This document shows positions 38,227-50,223 of a stretch of 64,000 nucleotides of DNA, in pieces (position 1 is the stretch's first letter; each line of letters begins with the position of its first letter). The DNA lies in assembly GCA_047495785.1 (NCBI GenBank), contig JBLDXI010000028.1:1426001-1490000 (forward strand), given 5' to 3'. The translations under genes and the position numbers were made by a program. This DNA comes from Lepidodermella squamata (taxonomy: Eukaryota > Animalia > Gastrotricha). The notes beneath the pieces were generated by a model that was not told where the DNA came from, made no database searches, and worked only from the letters and a program-made list of their open reading frames with translations.

Positions 38227-40732
38227 ATGGCCCTGACGAAAATCGCCGATGAATTACCGGCTGTTCTTGTGAATGACGTCCTCATTCCTGGCTCGACCAT
38301 CAGAATTGCCGACACAAATGAAAAATTCATCAACTTGGTCAAATCGAAATTCCTGGTGGCTAACTTGATGTTAGGCCAAAGTGTCATCGTTGTTATTCCG
38401 AAAAGCAGTCGCAATGAATATGGAACTGCTGCAAGTGTTATTCAGGTTACTGGAACTAATTGGCCCAAACCTTTTTACAGCCTGTTAGTCACCGGTCTAT
38501 GCCGCGTTAAAATCAATCGATTAATTCAAGAAGACCCGTATTATGTCGCCGCTATTGAGCAACTGGAGCCACTTTGCTCGGATTTGAAACCTCAGCTTGA
38601 AGTTTACTCATCAAAAGACGTCGTGCAAGCTTCTGAAACTGTGCGGGACCTGCTCTATAACTTAGCAACAGCTTTTGGTACAAATTCTACTGAAGCTTCT
38701 CGATTCAAACAAACTCTCAGCGGACTTCCGCCTAATTTACTCGCCGATATTGCTTGTCAATACGTCTCCTTGAGCGATAAGGACAAACTAACATTACTAT
38801 CTAAAGTCGAAATTCTCGATCGATTGAAATTTTTGATTCCACTAATTGAAAAACAAGTTCAATTGGCGAAATCTGCGAGTAATGTCAAGCGATTACCGAT
38901 TCAAGCGAATCAATCGAAAAATAATTACGTCGTCATTGCAAAACCTGATGCTCTAGATGCATTGATTAAAGCATCGGCCAGAAAGCGGCAAATGAATGAC
39001 GATGACGATTCGGATGAGAAGAACGAATTGGACGCGGTTGAGGCGAAAATCGAAAATTTACCCGACAGCGTTCGAGAGTTTGCATCGAAAGAACTCGTCC
39101 GCCTGCGAAAAATGGTACCGCATATGCCTGATTACTCAATAACGAGAAGTTACCTGGATTTCATCGTCGATTTGCCTTGGAATGTTTCAACTTACGATCG
39201 GCTGGATCTAGACGAGGCGAAAAGGTTGTTGGATGAGCGTCACTATGGTCTGGATGAAATTAAACGGCGATTAGTTGAGTTTCTAGCTGTTCGGAAGGTT
39301 CTAACGAGTCGCGGTAAAGAAACCCCATTCAGCACAGGTCCGATTTTGTGTTTAGTCGGCCCGCCTGGGGTTGGAAAAACTTCAATAGCTCGAACTTTGG
39401 CCGAGGTAATGGGTCGTAAATTTCAACGAATTTCTCTCGGTGGTGTCTGCGATCATGCAGATATTCGCGGCCATCGAAGGACTTACGTAGGCGCAATGCC
39501 TGGGCGAATTCTGGCCGCTGTCAAGTCGGCTGGCTCGAAAAACCCGTTGATTCTATTGGACGAAATCGACAAAACCACGCCAGGTATTCACGGCGACCCT
39601 GCCGCTGCTTTACTTGAAGTTCTAGATGCTGAGCAAAATTCAGCCTTTGTCGATCATTACCTAAATCTGCCGTTCGATTTGTCTCAAGTTATCTTCATTA
39701 CAACGGCTAATTCGGTTTCGAATGCGCATCCTGCCTTGTTAGATCGGATGGAAGTTATCAACGTGCCGAGTTACACGCCTGAGGAGAAGGAGAAAATTCT
39801 CGAGGGTTACCTTCTGCCGAAACAACTAGCCCGCCATGGCCTATCGCCGGGTGAAATTCAGATTGAAAAAGAAGCGATTAAGCTGATTTTGACGTCATAC
39901 ACTCGAGAAGCTGGAGTCAGGCAGTTGGAACGAGTTCTGGAGACTCTTTGCCGTCGCATTTGCGCAAAATTACCCGGCGAATCTACCGAAAGGCACACGT
40001 AAATATTTTTTGAAAAATCGGATTCCTATAATGAATATTTTTCTTTACAGGTTCCTTATAAAGGTGGACGAACTGGTTTCACTTCTCGGACCGCCTCGAT
40101 TTAAAAATGGCATGGAAACAGCGTCGCGGTTGAATCTACCAGGCGTCTGTCTCGGCCTAGCGTGGACTCCAATGGGCGGCGAGGTGATGCACGTTGAGGT
40201 CTCGGCTATGCCAGGCGACGGGAAACTTCATCTAACCGGGCAGTTGGGCGATGTCATTAAAGAATCAGCGTTATTGGCTCTGTCTTGGTTCAAAAGTCGC
40301 CTTGGCTATAATACTAAAGCAGTAGCTATGGACCCTCAAACCACTAATATTCACGTTCATTTACCTCTAGGAGCCGTTGCTAAAGACGGCCCATCAGCCG
40401 GGTTAGCCCTTTTAGCGGCTATTGTATCACTTTTCGCTCAGACCCCAACAAAATCGAACGTTGCAGTCACGGGTGAGATAACACTTAGGGGCTACGTACT
40501 GCCTGTAGGGGGTATCAGAGAGAAATTAGCGGCAGCACGTCGCCAGGGTGTAGCCACGGTAATTTTGCCGGCTGGCAATCAGGCGGATGTTGAGGCTGAA
40601 GTTCCGGATGAGATTCGTAAAACTATGCGGCTTGTTTTCGTCCGACGCGTTGAAACCGCGTTAGTTGAAATATTAGACGAACCTTCACGAGCGTTTGGCG
40701 ACGCTTTACAGCTCAATAACAGCCATTTGTAA
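38227..40732 (+). CDS. LONP2: Peroxisomal Lon protease 2 (intron 39999-40050)
   Basis: Lon N-domain, Walker A GPPGVGKT, Walker B LLDEIDK, RGHRRTYVGAMPG, catalytic KDGPSAG and GGIREK, C-terminal PTS1-like SHL. Confidence 0.95.
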
Positions 40733-41059
40733 CTTGATGAGTTATTTTCTGATTTTCTGATTAAATGCCTTGGCGTCGTCTCAAAAAATATTGGAATTCA
40801 TGCAATTTTTCTCCAATTCGCGGTTCTTGACTTTTTGTGTTTTTTACTTTCTAATATGATCATCTTCTCTCATTCAACGTCGTAACATTGCCGATTTTTC
40901 TGTGTCGAGAAAATGCGATTCGTAAACATGCTTATCGGCTTTATCGTTTGTGATTGTGCTATTTTTTGAATTGTTTCATTTTCGATAAATAAAGTTTCAC
41001 CGATTCTCAATAAAACTAGTTTTTACCACACAATGAATGCTGATGGCAATAGAAAACAA

Positions 41060-43470
41060 TCAACCCGAAATACGGTTAGGTTTTGGTAGGTTCACAGACA
41101 ATCTCAAGTTATTTTGCTTGGCAACTGGCCAGCGATTTGACCAAACCGGGAAAAACATGATCAGGAAAGTCGACGCTGAGTACAGCAGTGCGCTAACCAC
41201 GACTGCTGTCATTTGGCTGAACTCTGTCCTACCGAGGGCGTAAACGATCAAAATCGAAGCAAAGAACATCGTAGTGGCGTTGATTACTGCGAGTAGCAGC
41301 AGTTTACATTCGAAGGCGTAGAAATACGCGATATCAAGTCTGGTGCGACTTTCGTAGGCGAAAAAGCAGCTCGCAAGTAAAATGAAAGCATTCAACGCGA
41401 TGACAGCGCCAAGCCATGAAAATTCATCGTTAGATGTGCAGAAGTAGTACTGAGTATCATAGTAAGAATCAAGTTTCTCACTGAACGAGACAGGTGACAC
41501 TATGGAGATGACTTCGAATGGAGAAGCAGCGAGCGTCCAAACAAAAACTGCAGCGGCTACAGAGGCGGTTATAACTAAAGCGCAGATGAACTGCAGTCGC
41601 TGAGATTTCAAAAACCTTGGCTTCAAACGAAGGTCGAAACTGTCTACTGTTATCGAACTGCGGCCACCTCGAAACATCATTTCTTTGATGGATTGCATAA
41701 CGTCTCGAAGTCCGAAAATTCGAACAATCATTACGGCATTACAAGCTGTTACGCCAATCGAAATCAGCAACGGTCTGATGGGGCATAATATGTCCTGAAA
41801 AAACGTGAGTTCCATCAATGCAATCACAGCTCCGATGTCGAGCAGCATGCATCCGAATAGGAAAAGTACATTTGTCGGCATATCCAAGAAGAAAATGAAC
41901 CTCTCACGGTTTCTCTGTCGCATGAGTCTAAAGAAGAAAACGAGTTGCCCGATGAAGATTACCAACGTAAGGAATATCAGGACAAGGAAGGACGAAATTG
42001 GATATTTAGTTGACAAGTGAATCGAATTCGATAGATCTTTTGGAGGCTGTCCCGATTTCGTGTACCAAACTGGAGGTTGTAATGTCACAATCTTATAAGT
42101 GCTCAAATTGGAAATCGTCCGATAATCAGTATCGAGGCGCACACTTTTGAAAATCAAACGATTAGATCCCTGATATTGTTGAATTAGGTACACATCTTCT
42201 GTATCGACTAATAACCGCTCGGAATATTTAATTCTCCCGATGCGGAGCCCTATAATATCGGTTTCCGCTGCGCTAGCGTTCACAACCTGCCGAATTATTT
42301 CAGGATGCGTCGAAAAGTCTTTCAAGCTCAAATTGTAGCGATCTCGAAGAATGGATTCACTGCGGTTCAGAGCTAACACAGTACCCATAGTTGCATCGTG
42401 GCAAATGTGCCTCTGGCCTACATCGTTTACCTTTGTTCCATTCAGCTCCTTGGCGAGATTTGCTTCGAACCAATCAGTGTCGTAGCCCAAAGGAGTGGGT
42501 CCGAACTTCTCCCAAGCACTCTGAACCAAACCGAAGAAGAATGTAATTTTAAGCATCTCGGCGATGATGTTTCGAGTACAGCCAGGAGTCAACGGCAGAG
42601 CTGCATCTTCAGCTGTGACGTATGTCAAAAGGTTGCCGAAGTATACAAAATAGGGTGCAGTCATTCCAGCTTCGTAGGCTAAACAAAGCAGTTTGACGAA
42701 CAGCCACGTTTGTCCGTGTACCGAAGCAATAATTCGTGCTCCGCTGTTCTTAATAGCCTCCACAGTATCTAGCGTAATATCATTTTCGCTTAAAAAATAT
42801 GGCGTATCCATGTTTTGCCGGTTCATCGCATTTTGAACGCTTTTACCGAACAGATCATCGTTGATGTTTCCCGAATAGGTTAATATTGCCAATTGCTTCC
42901 AACGCCCAAGCCGGTTCGCAAATGCTGGAATCAATGTAGCCACGTTCTCGGTGGGACCTTGAGCCCTGTACAAGTGATTGTACAACGCACGCCTTGCAAT
43001 CAAACTAGCGCCAGCACATCCTTCTGCAAATTCAATGAAGTTGTTCATCTTGATCGCAAGAGCTACAGCTAAGATAAGAATGCTTAGTATTAAGCTTGAA
43101 ATGGAATGAAGAATTTTGGTAACTAACTCTGACAGCCCAAAGAAGTTCCAATGACGATTGGCGATAAGTAGCTGTTGCTCGCTTGATTTTCTTCCGATTC
43201 CCATAAAAAGTTAACGAAACTTTGCGGCGCTTTCATCGCTGCGCTACCCTCATCCTTAACTACCATTCGAATATGGTAATCTGGCAGCATATCAGCTCGT
43301 GCATTAGTGGCGTCAATTACGATTTTTGCAGCTGCACTGCAAGCAGTTGGGACAGCGGCATTAGGTCTTGGCATCAGGTTAAGTAGGACAATCTCGTTTG
43401 GTTTAGTTCTGAGATTCTCGCCATTCACCCAATTTATGGTGAAAATGGCAAATAGATGAATAAACGACAT
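41060..43470 (-). CDS. Orphan class C GPCR, GABA-B-like (Venus flytrap + 7TM), copy 1; intron 43069-43127
   Basis: Signal peptide; VFT start (..N....LPDY.I.....D), LYRA.., HDA; no Cys-rich domain; seven hydrophobic segments with GABA-B-like motifs (LCPIRP.L.SIG, ECL2 YFCTS, CFFAYESR, FFPVW). Confidence 0.85.
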
Positions 43471-44016
43471 TTTACAGCTGGAGAAATTATTATCGGCCTT
43501 AAATTCTACTATCAACAGACCTATTTCTGTAAAATCTTAGCGTGTAAATTAGGGAAAATAAGTGCTTCCTCTTAAGTGCCACAGAACTCATCTACGTGCA
43601 TTTGATCATCAGTGGTTTTCCGGCTGTCCATTTTTCACGCTGATAAAAAAACACGGAACTTGAAACAAAGGAAAATTTGCTAAAATAGCAGAAAACATCT
43701 ATGAAAGAAATGCGGCGCCGGTCCCTAAACCAACTGATATTCTAACATTTTATTTATTACAAACCTACATTTACACCGATCCCACGTAAACACGAATAAA
43801 ATTGAGACATCCATTAGGAGAATAGCTTGAGAAGAAAGTTATATCATGCCGGGTGCTATGACAATGATGTGAAATACGAACCGTTAATTGTTAATACATA
43901 TTTCGAAGTTGCAGAAACGTCGGGCCATAATGCATTGACAGTTTGGAGTGACATCCTTTTATTCGCTTTTGACTCCAAGTCTCAAATTTTTGCAACAAAA
44001 ACAAGCAACAGGGTTT

Positions 44017-46418
44017 TTATCTAGATAACCGGCTGATTCTAGCAGAGCTGGATCTGACGGCAACTTTCAAATTTTGTTGCCTAATGATGGGCCAGCGATT
44101 CGTAATTACAGGAAAAAATACGATGAAAAAGGTTGAATAGGAGTAAATCAGCACGCCAGTTATAACTGCAATCAGCTGGTTGTATTCAGAACCTGATAGC
44201 AGGTAGACTACAAGCGGTAGGGCGAAGTATATCGCTATTGCATTGATGATAGCGATTCGCAAAAGGTTGCATTCGTATTCATAAAAGTGAACAATTTCCA
44301 ACTTGGTGCGACTGTCGTAGGCGAAGAAGCAACTAGCGAGCAACAAAAATGCATTCAGTCCCAAAAAAGCAGCCAGCCAAGGATACTCGTAAGCCGAGGT
44401 GCAAGCGTAATTCTGTATCGCAAAATAAGAGTCGAGGAACTCATCCAAGAAAACCGGAGAAATTATGAGCTTTCCTTCGAATGAATCAAGGGCGAAGATC
44501 CAGGCTAGGACTAGACCAGCTGTAGAAGCTGTGACTATGAGAGAGAACAAAATCTGCATGCGTTTTGACGTCGGTACTTTTCTCAACATGTGAACACTGA
44601 AATCATTAGCATTGATTGAATCTCTTCGATTCTGAAACATCAAAGTTTTGAGAGATCGCATGACATCGCGAAGACCGAAGATTCTGGCAGTCAAAAATGA
44701 GTTACAAACTGTCATTCCGATTGTGATAAACAAAGGCCTGATGACGCAAAGCTGGTTTAAAATGAACAGCTCGAGGAGTATCAGTATAACTCCCACATCG
44801 AGAAAAATAACACCGACAGCGAACAACAAATTTGAAGGGATATGAAAGAAAAAGATGTAACTGTCATGATTTCTTTTATCGAAAGCGAGACGTCCGAAGT
44901 TGACGATTTGGAAGATAAGAATTAGTGCTCCTGTTGAAACGAGAACAACAAATGCTGGAAGAGGGAAACGATTAATTAACCGAGAGACTTTGGATATGTC
45001 CTTGGGTGGCTGGCCAGATTTAGTAAACCAAATTGGGCGTTGCATCTGGTTGAACTTGTAAGTGCTCAGGTCTGTCAAAGTCCGGTAATTATTGTCCAAA
45101 CGGCTTATTTTATAAACCATTCTTACAGCACCTGTTATTGGCTGAACAACTAAGACATCTTCGTTATCAATCAGGAGCCTTTCCGAGAATCTTATTCGTC
45201 CAACGCGAAGACCGATAAAGTCCGTTTCAGCTGCACTAGCGTTAACAACTTGTTTCACCAAGTCAGGTTTCGCCATAAAATCTTTCAGACTTGAATTGTA
45301 CTGAGTTTGAAGGATAGCTTCACTCCTGTTGAGAGCAAGTATTGCTCCCATTGTTGCATCATGGCAGATGTGCCTCTGTACCATGTCATAAACTTTTGTC
45401 CCATTCAATCTTTTAGTCATGTTAGCTTCAAACCAATCAGTATCGTAACCAAATGGGGTCGGTCCGAATTTCTCCCACGCGCTCTGAACCAAACCGAAGA
45501 AGAAGGTCACTTTCATCATCTCAGCGACCATCTCACGAGTACAGCCTGGAATTAAGGGCAGAGCTGGGTCGTCAGCGGTAATGTAAGTGAAAAAGTTGGC
45601 GATATAGACGTAGAATGGAGCTGTCATTCCTGCGCTATACGCCAGACAGAGGAACTTTACGTAGAGCCATGCTTGACCATGCGCTGAGACTATAATTCGA
45701 GATCCGCTGGCTTTGATTGCGTCAATAACAGCTGGCGTAACATCAGATTCACTTCCGTAAAACAGGACCTCAATATTTTGCTGAGCAAAAGCGCCCTGAA
45801 GCATTTTCCCGAAAATATCGTCATTAGAGTTGCCAGAGAACGTGAAAATAGCCATTTGTTTCCAGCTTCCAACTCGTCTTCCAAACTCTGGAATTAAAGC
45901 CGCCATGTTTTCGTATGGACCTTGAGCACGGTAAAGGTGGCTGTACAAAGAACGCTTGGCAATCAACACTGGGCCGGCGCAGCCCTCGGCGAATTCAATA
46001 AAATTATTCGCTTTCACGGTAAGTGCAACGCCTGTTAACGTTGATGATTAAACAGGTTACAAAATCTAGATAAAGTCTTACTTTGGCATGCTACTGATGT
46101 TCCGACAACAATTGGAGAGATGAAGGAGTTATTCGCACGATTTTCTTCGAATTCCCGAAGGAAGTTGATGAAATTGAGCGGTGCTCGTGATGCAACAGAT
46201 CCTTCGTCTTTCACTACCATTCGAATGCGGTAATCTTGTAGTAAGTTATCCTGAGAATTTGCCATGTCTAAAACAAGCTGAGCAGCCGCACTGCAAGCAG
46301 TTTGAGCGTTAATATTTGGCTGCGGCATCAAATTTAAAAGGACCAGTTCATTTGGCTTTGCTTGAATTGAACTGATATAGACAATTGTCAATATTAGAAA
46401 CAGGATTAAAGTCCCCAT
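44017..46418 (-). CDS. Orphan class C GPCR, GABA-B-like, copy 2; intron 46032-46081
   Basis: Clear paralog of copy 1 with the same single phase-1 intron after CQ; frame intact from MGTLILFL to the stop. Confidence 0.85.
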
Positions 46419-46874
46419 TATTAAATTTGGATTAATTGAACTCTTCACAAAAGACAAAAACGAGAATACCCAGTAATGCGCGCGTGAAATTTGCACGACT
46501 GTAAAGTGAAACGTTGTTTGGACAATCCCCTAAATGCTGCTGCGGATAGTTCCAGGGACTTTTCACTTTTCAGGATTATCCTGGCGGCTCTTATACTTGC
46601 ACTGCCTTTTGAAACCGCACGTCTGCGTGACTCTTGCCAAAGCTTTTTGCGCCTTCCGGCTACAACGCCCATACGAATTTGTTGCTATGTAGAGGTCGCA
46701 TTTGTAATTCTAAATGTTGAACGCCAGTGATTGCTACATTCGCACTTCGAATTCACTGGAGAGTGTTGCATTAAATTCAAACACTTCCAAATGGGTAGCG
46801 ATGAAGCCTTAGCTAAATGATTCAAAAAGTAAGATGAGATTTCGAGCTCATTACTGTTCGTTTTATTTAGTTGA

Positions 46875-48068
46875 TCAAGCACTTTGATTTCGAGCATACG
46901 AATATTTATGATCTAAGCCTAAAATAGTCGTCAAACCAAACGAGGAGATTCCTATAAATGCAGCAAGAGCCATTAAAAAGGCTAATAAATCTATAACTCT
47001 TTGAATGGAGATTCTGCAGGACTTTACGTTAATCTTCCGTTTTGTGAACCTCTTCCGCCATGTTTGAGAGTAACCACAGCTGACGATGAAGTAACTTGTA
47101 CAAGCTAGCGAGAAAGCTAGGCCCATATCGGTGAAATTGACGAGGAAATTTCGTATACTCTTCGGGGGCACTAGAGCCATTATTTGGCTCTGGAGGAAGG
47201 TGAGAGCCACCAAAACTGTCATAGCGAACATCGGCCGGTCGGGAATATGCGGCGGAATCGCAAATAGAAATATTATCAATGCCGATAGAAACTCGCTTGG
47301 TATGATCAAATGTGTTACGTAGTAGTCCGGAACTCGTTGGAAAACGAACTGAAAGTCGATTATGCTACGATTGCTACCCTCGATAACAATAGTATAAAGC
47401 TTTGTTGAGTAATTGGTAACCAGCCAGTTATCATTAGAGATTAGGAAACTGTTGTAAACCGCAAATGTGATAGGCCTTGCGAAAGTCACGGCTTCAACTC
47501 GTTCTTGTAACAGAAATATTACGGCACAGTTTTGCTGATCAAATGGAAAATGCTCGTAATTCAAATCACATAGGGACAGAAAGGATCCATAACGATTCCA
47601 ATTGAACTCGATGGGTGTGTTGTTTCCCATTGTGACTTTATAAAAGAATCTTGTCGCGACATCGGAACTCAAGTCAAAATTACTAGGCGTGTTTTTGTGA
47701 TTTATGTTCGGCTTCCAAAACAAATGCTCATCTGTCGAAACAATTCTAGAATATTCAGCGGTAAAATTCTGACATCGTATCGTCCAGATGAAGCGTAAAG
47801 TAGCTGTTATCGTGAAAGTCTCGGCAAGATCGTTAACTCCTTCAAGATGATCCGGCTGAAATAGGACGGTAACATTGGTCGGTTCGCAGATGCCTCCGCG
47901 ACCTTGTCCGCGAATGCAGTTGGGGGAATAGACCTCAGGTGAGAAATGGCGGCATTTTCTCATCAGATCTAGTGCAGCTTCATGAGTTAGTGCATCGAAT
48001 TCGCTGTAACATGCTGAGATCAGGTAAGGAATCGAAGACAGTAGAAACAATTCTATGGGGCGAATCAT
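46875..48068 (-). CDS. Divergent intronless Cys-loop channel subunit
   Basis: Signal peptide; CDLNYEHFPFDQQNC Cys-loop; four TMs; M2 PDRPMFAMTVLVALTFL. Confidence 0.9.
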   Translation of the reverse strand: MIRPIELFLLSSIPYLISACYSEFDALTHEAALDLMRKCRHFSPEVYSPNCIRGQGRGGICEPTNVTVLFQPDHLEGVNDLAETFTITATLRFIWTIRCQNFTAEYSRIVSTDEHLFWKPNINHKNTPSNFDLSSDVATRFFYKVTMGNNTPIEFNWNRYGSFLSLCDLNYEHFPFDQQNCAVIFLLQERVEAVTFARPITFAVYNSFLISNDNWLVTNYSTKLYTIVIEGSNRSIIDFQFVFQRVPDYYVTHLIIPSEFLSALIIFLFAIPPHIPDRPMFAMTVLVALTFLQSQIMALVPPKSIRNFLVNFTDMGLAFSLACTSYFIVSCGYSQTWRKRFTKRKINVKSCRISIQRVIDLLAFLMALAAFIGISSFGLTTILGLDHKYSYARNQSA

Positions 48069-48220
48069 CTATAAAAATGAATGTGTTGGTTTGTTTTTGT
48101 CTGGATAGTTTTCGGGACGCATTTTTTTAATTGATAAGCAAATAAAAACTCAACACACTTACAAATCAGCTGTTTTTTCACACCGGCAATTTATTGATTC
48201 ATTTTAGAAAACAATCTTGA

Positions 48221-49378
48221 TCACATGACAGCCGAGTCTCTAGCTTCAACTAGAGCATAGATAAGAATACCAAAGTAGCAAACCAGGAGAATGAAGAAGA
48301 CTAGCAAGTCGACGAGTCTGCAGAGTGAGATTTGGCCTCTAAAAAGGGGCCGCGAAGCGAGTTTCTTATGCGTCTTTGCGAATCCGCAGCTGATCAAGAA
48401 ATAGACCGTTCCCATAGCTGAATGCGCGAGGCAAAGATCCGTAAAATTTGACAGGAACAACCGGTCGTTTTTGTTTGGCAGTCGATCTAAAACTTGCCCT
48501 TGGAGAAAAGTGAGAGCCAGGAGAATTGTCAGCGAGAAAGCTGGTCTATCGGGAACTGACGGATACATAGCGAATGAGATCAAAAGGAGGGCAGAGAGAA
48601 GCGATGTTGGAATCATTAGATGATTCACGTAGAAGTCTGGCTTCCGTTTTAGGACCAACCTGAAAGCAACCTCACTTCTGTTACTGCCATCCATTTCCAC
48701 TTCATAAATGGACGTCTCACCAGAGGCGATCAACCAACCGTCATTCGAATCAAGAATCTGTTGTTTGACTATAAAATTGACAGGTTCGGCAAATGCAACG
48801 GCGACAAAGTTTTCCTGCATGGAAAATACGACTTCACAATACTGCGTGTCAAATGGAAACCGACCAAAGTCCATTTCACAAGTAGTAAGAAGTGAGCCGT
48901 ATTTAGCCCACGCGACCTCAATGATGTCTGGCTTTGAGACGTTAAATTTGAAGAAGAATCTACTAACAAATGAATCTGCCATGCCGAAATTATTTGGCGT
49001 GTTTTTGTGGTAAACGTTGGGCTTCCAGTATAGATGCGGATTAGCGTTAGTGATGCGAGAATCTGTTGTTATGTTTGGACATTTTACATACCAAATGAAT
49101 CTCACAGCTCCAGAAATAGTGAAGGTCTCTTCAATAGCGCTGACATCATCCAGTCTTGCGGGTGAAAGTTGGGGATAGACAGCCGTTACTTCACAAGAGC
49201 CAGCCCTCGGCCCACCAGTGCAACTCGGACTATAAATTTCGGGTGATAGATTTGGGCACTTTGTTAGAAACTCGCGAGCTTGAGTTTGGATAAGATCTAT
49301 CGCGTGGCTGTAATCTGAACCCTGGCTTAATCGGAACACCAAAACAGCTCCTAAAAACAGCAGTAAATTCCAATGCAT
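48221..49378 (-). CDS. Divergent intronless Cys-loop channel subunit
   Basis: Signal peptide; CEMDFGRFPFDTQYC; LKRKPDFY; M2 PDRPAFSLTILLALTFL. Confidence 0.9.
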   Translation of the reverse strand: MHWNLLLFLGAVLVFRLSQGSDYSHAIDLIQTQAREFLTKCPNLSPEIYSPSCTGGPRAGSCEVTAVYPQLSPARLDDVSAIEETFTISGAVRFIWYVKCPNITTDSRITNANPHLYWKPNVYHKNTPNNFGMADSFVSRFFFKFNVSKPDIIEVAWAKYGSLLTTCEMDFGRFPFDTQYCEVVFSMQENFVAVAFAEPVNFIVKQQILDSNDGWLIASGETSIYEVEMDGSNRSEVAFRLVLKRKPDFYVNHLMIPTSLLSALLLISFAMYPSVPDRPAFSLTILLALTFLQGQVLDRLPNKNDRLFLSNFTDLCLAHSAMGTVYFLISCGFAKTHKKLASRPLFRGQISLCRLVDLLVFFILLVCYFGILIYALVEARDSAVM

Positions 49379-50223
49379 GTCGCGGAATTATCTCGACAAT
49401 GAAAAAAAGCAAGTTTCATTGCAATGAACAGGCTGGTTTGTTTGTTTTATCTGCTTGCATAAATATACTCACAGGAAATTAAAAATCCTGATCGAAAAAG
49501 CTCTGACGCAAAATTGAATCAGAGTTCGTCATATGACAATTGGCAGGGACGTTGCCATCGTCTCGTATTCATTTATTATCGAATGAACCTCGTTTCTCGT
49601 TTGACAGTGGATACCATCAAAAATTTAGGAATCGTTAAAGTTGTAGCTCTCCGCAATTGTGGAAACCCCATGTGCCTGTTTATGTTGATGGTTTACCGTA
49701 ATCTGGTGCAATTTTGAACACTTTCATCCTCGCTAACTGCGATATACCCTGAGTGCATTAAAGATGCTATTCCTGGCCGGTTTTCGATGGGTCCTATTCG
49801 AGGCCAGGTCAAGGATCATTCCCGTAAATCAGCGAATTTCGCGACCGTTAGGATTTGGAGAGGTAACCTGAAAGTACAAGTTTGAACTGTAAGGTACTAA
49901 GAAAAATGCATGAAATCGCAGATTAAAATCCTCCTGAATCTGTTCGCTGACAAATAACGAATAAGTCTAATCTTTTGCTGCTGAATCAACCATCTTGGAT
50001 GGCACGGATTACAGATTAAAAAAAAACTCTCTTCGTTCGCGGTTCTTTATAAGGTGTAACGTAAGTGAGATAATAAATCGATCGAATCAGAATTCTAAAA
50101 AATGATAAAGCTTCCACAATGAATACATCAATCTAACTTTAGTCTATTTTTCCATATGCAAGTGAACGATTTTATGAATATATAATTCTGAAATCTCCAA
50201 CAATGTGGAAAGCGTGTGAGCGT

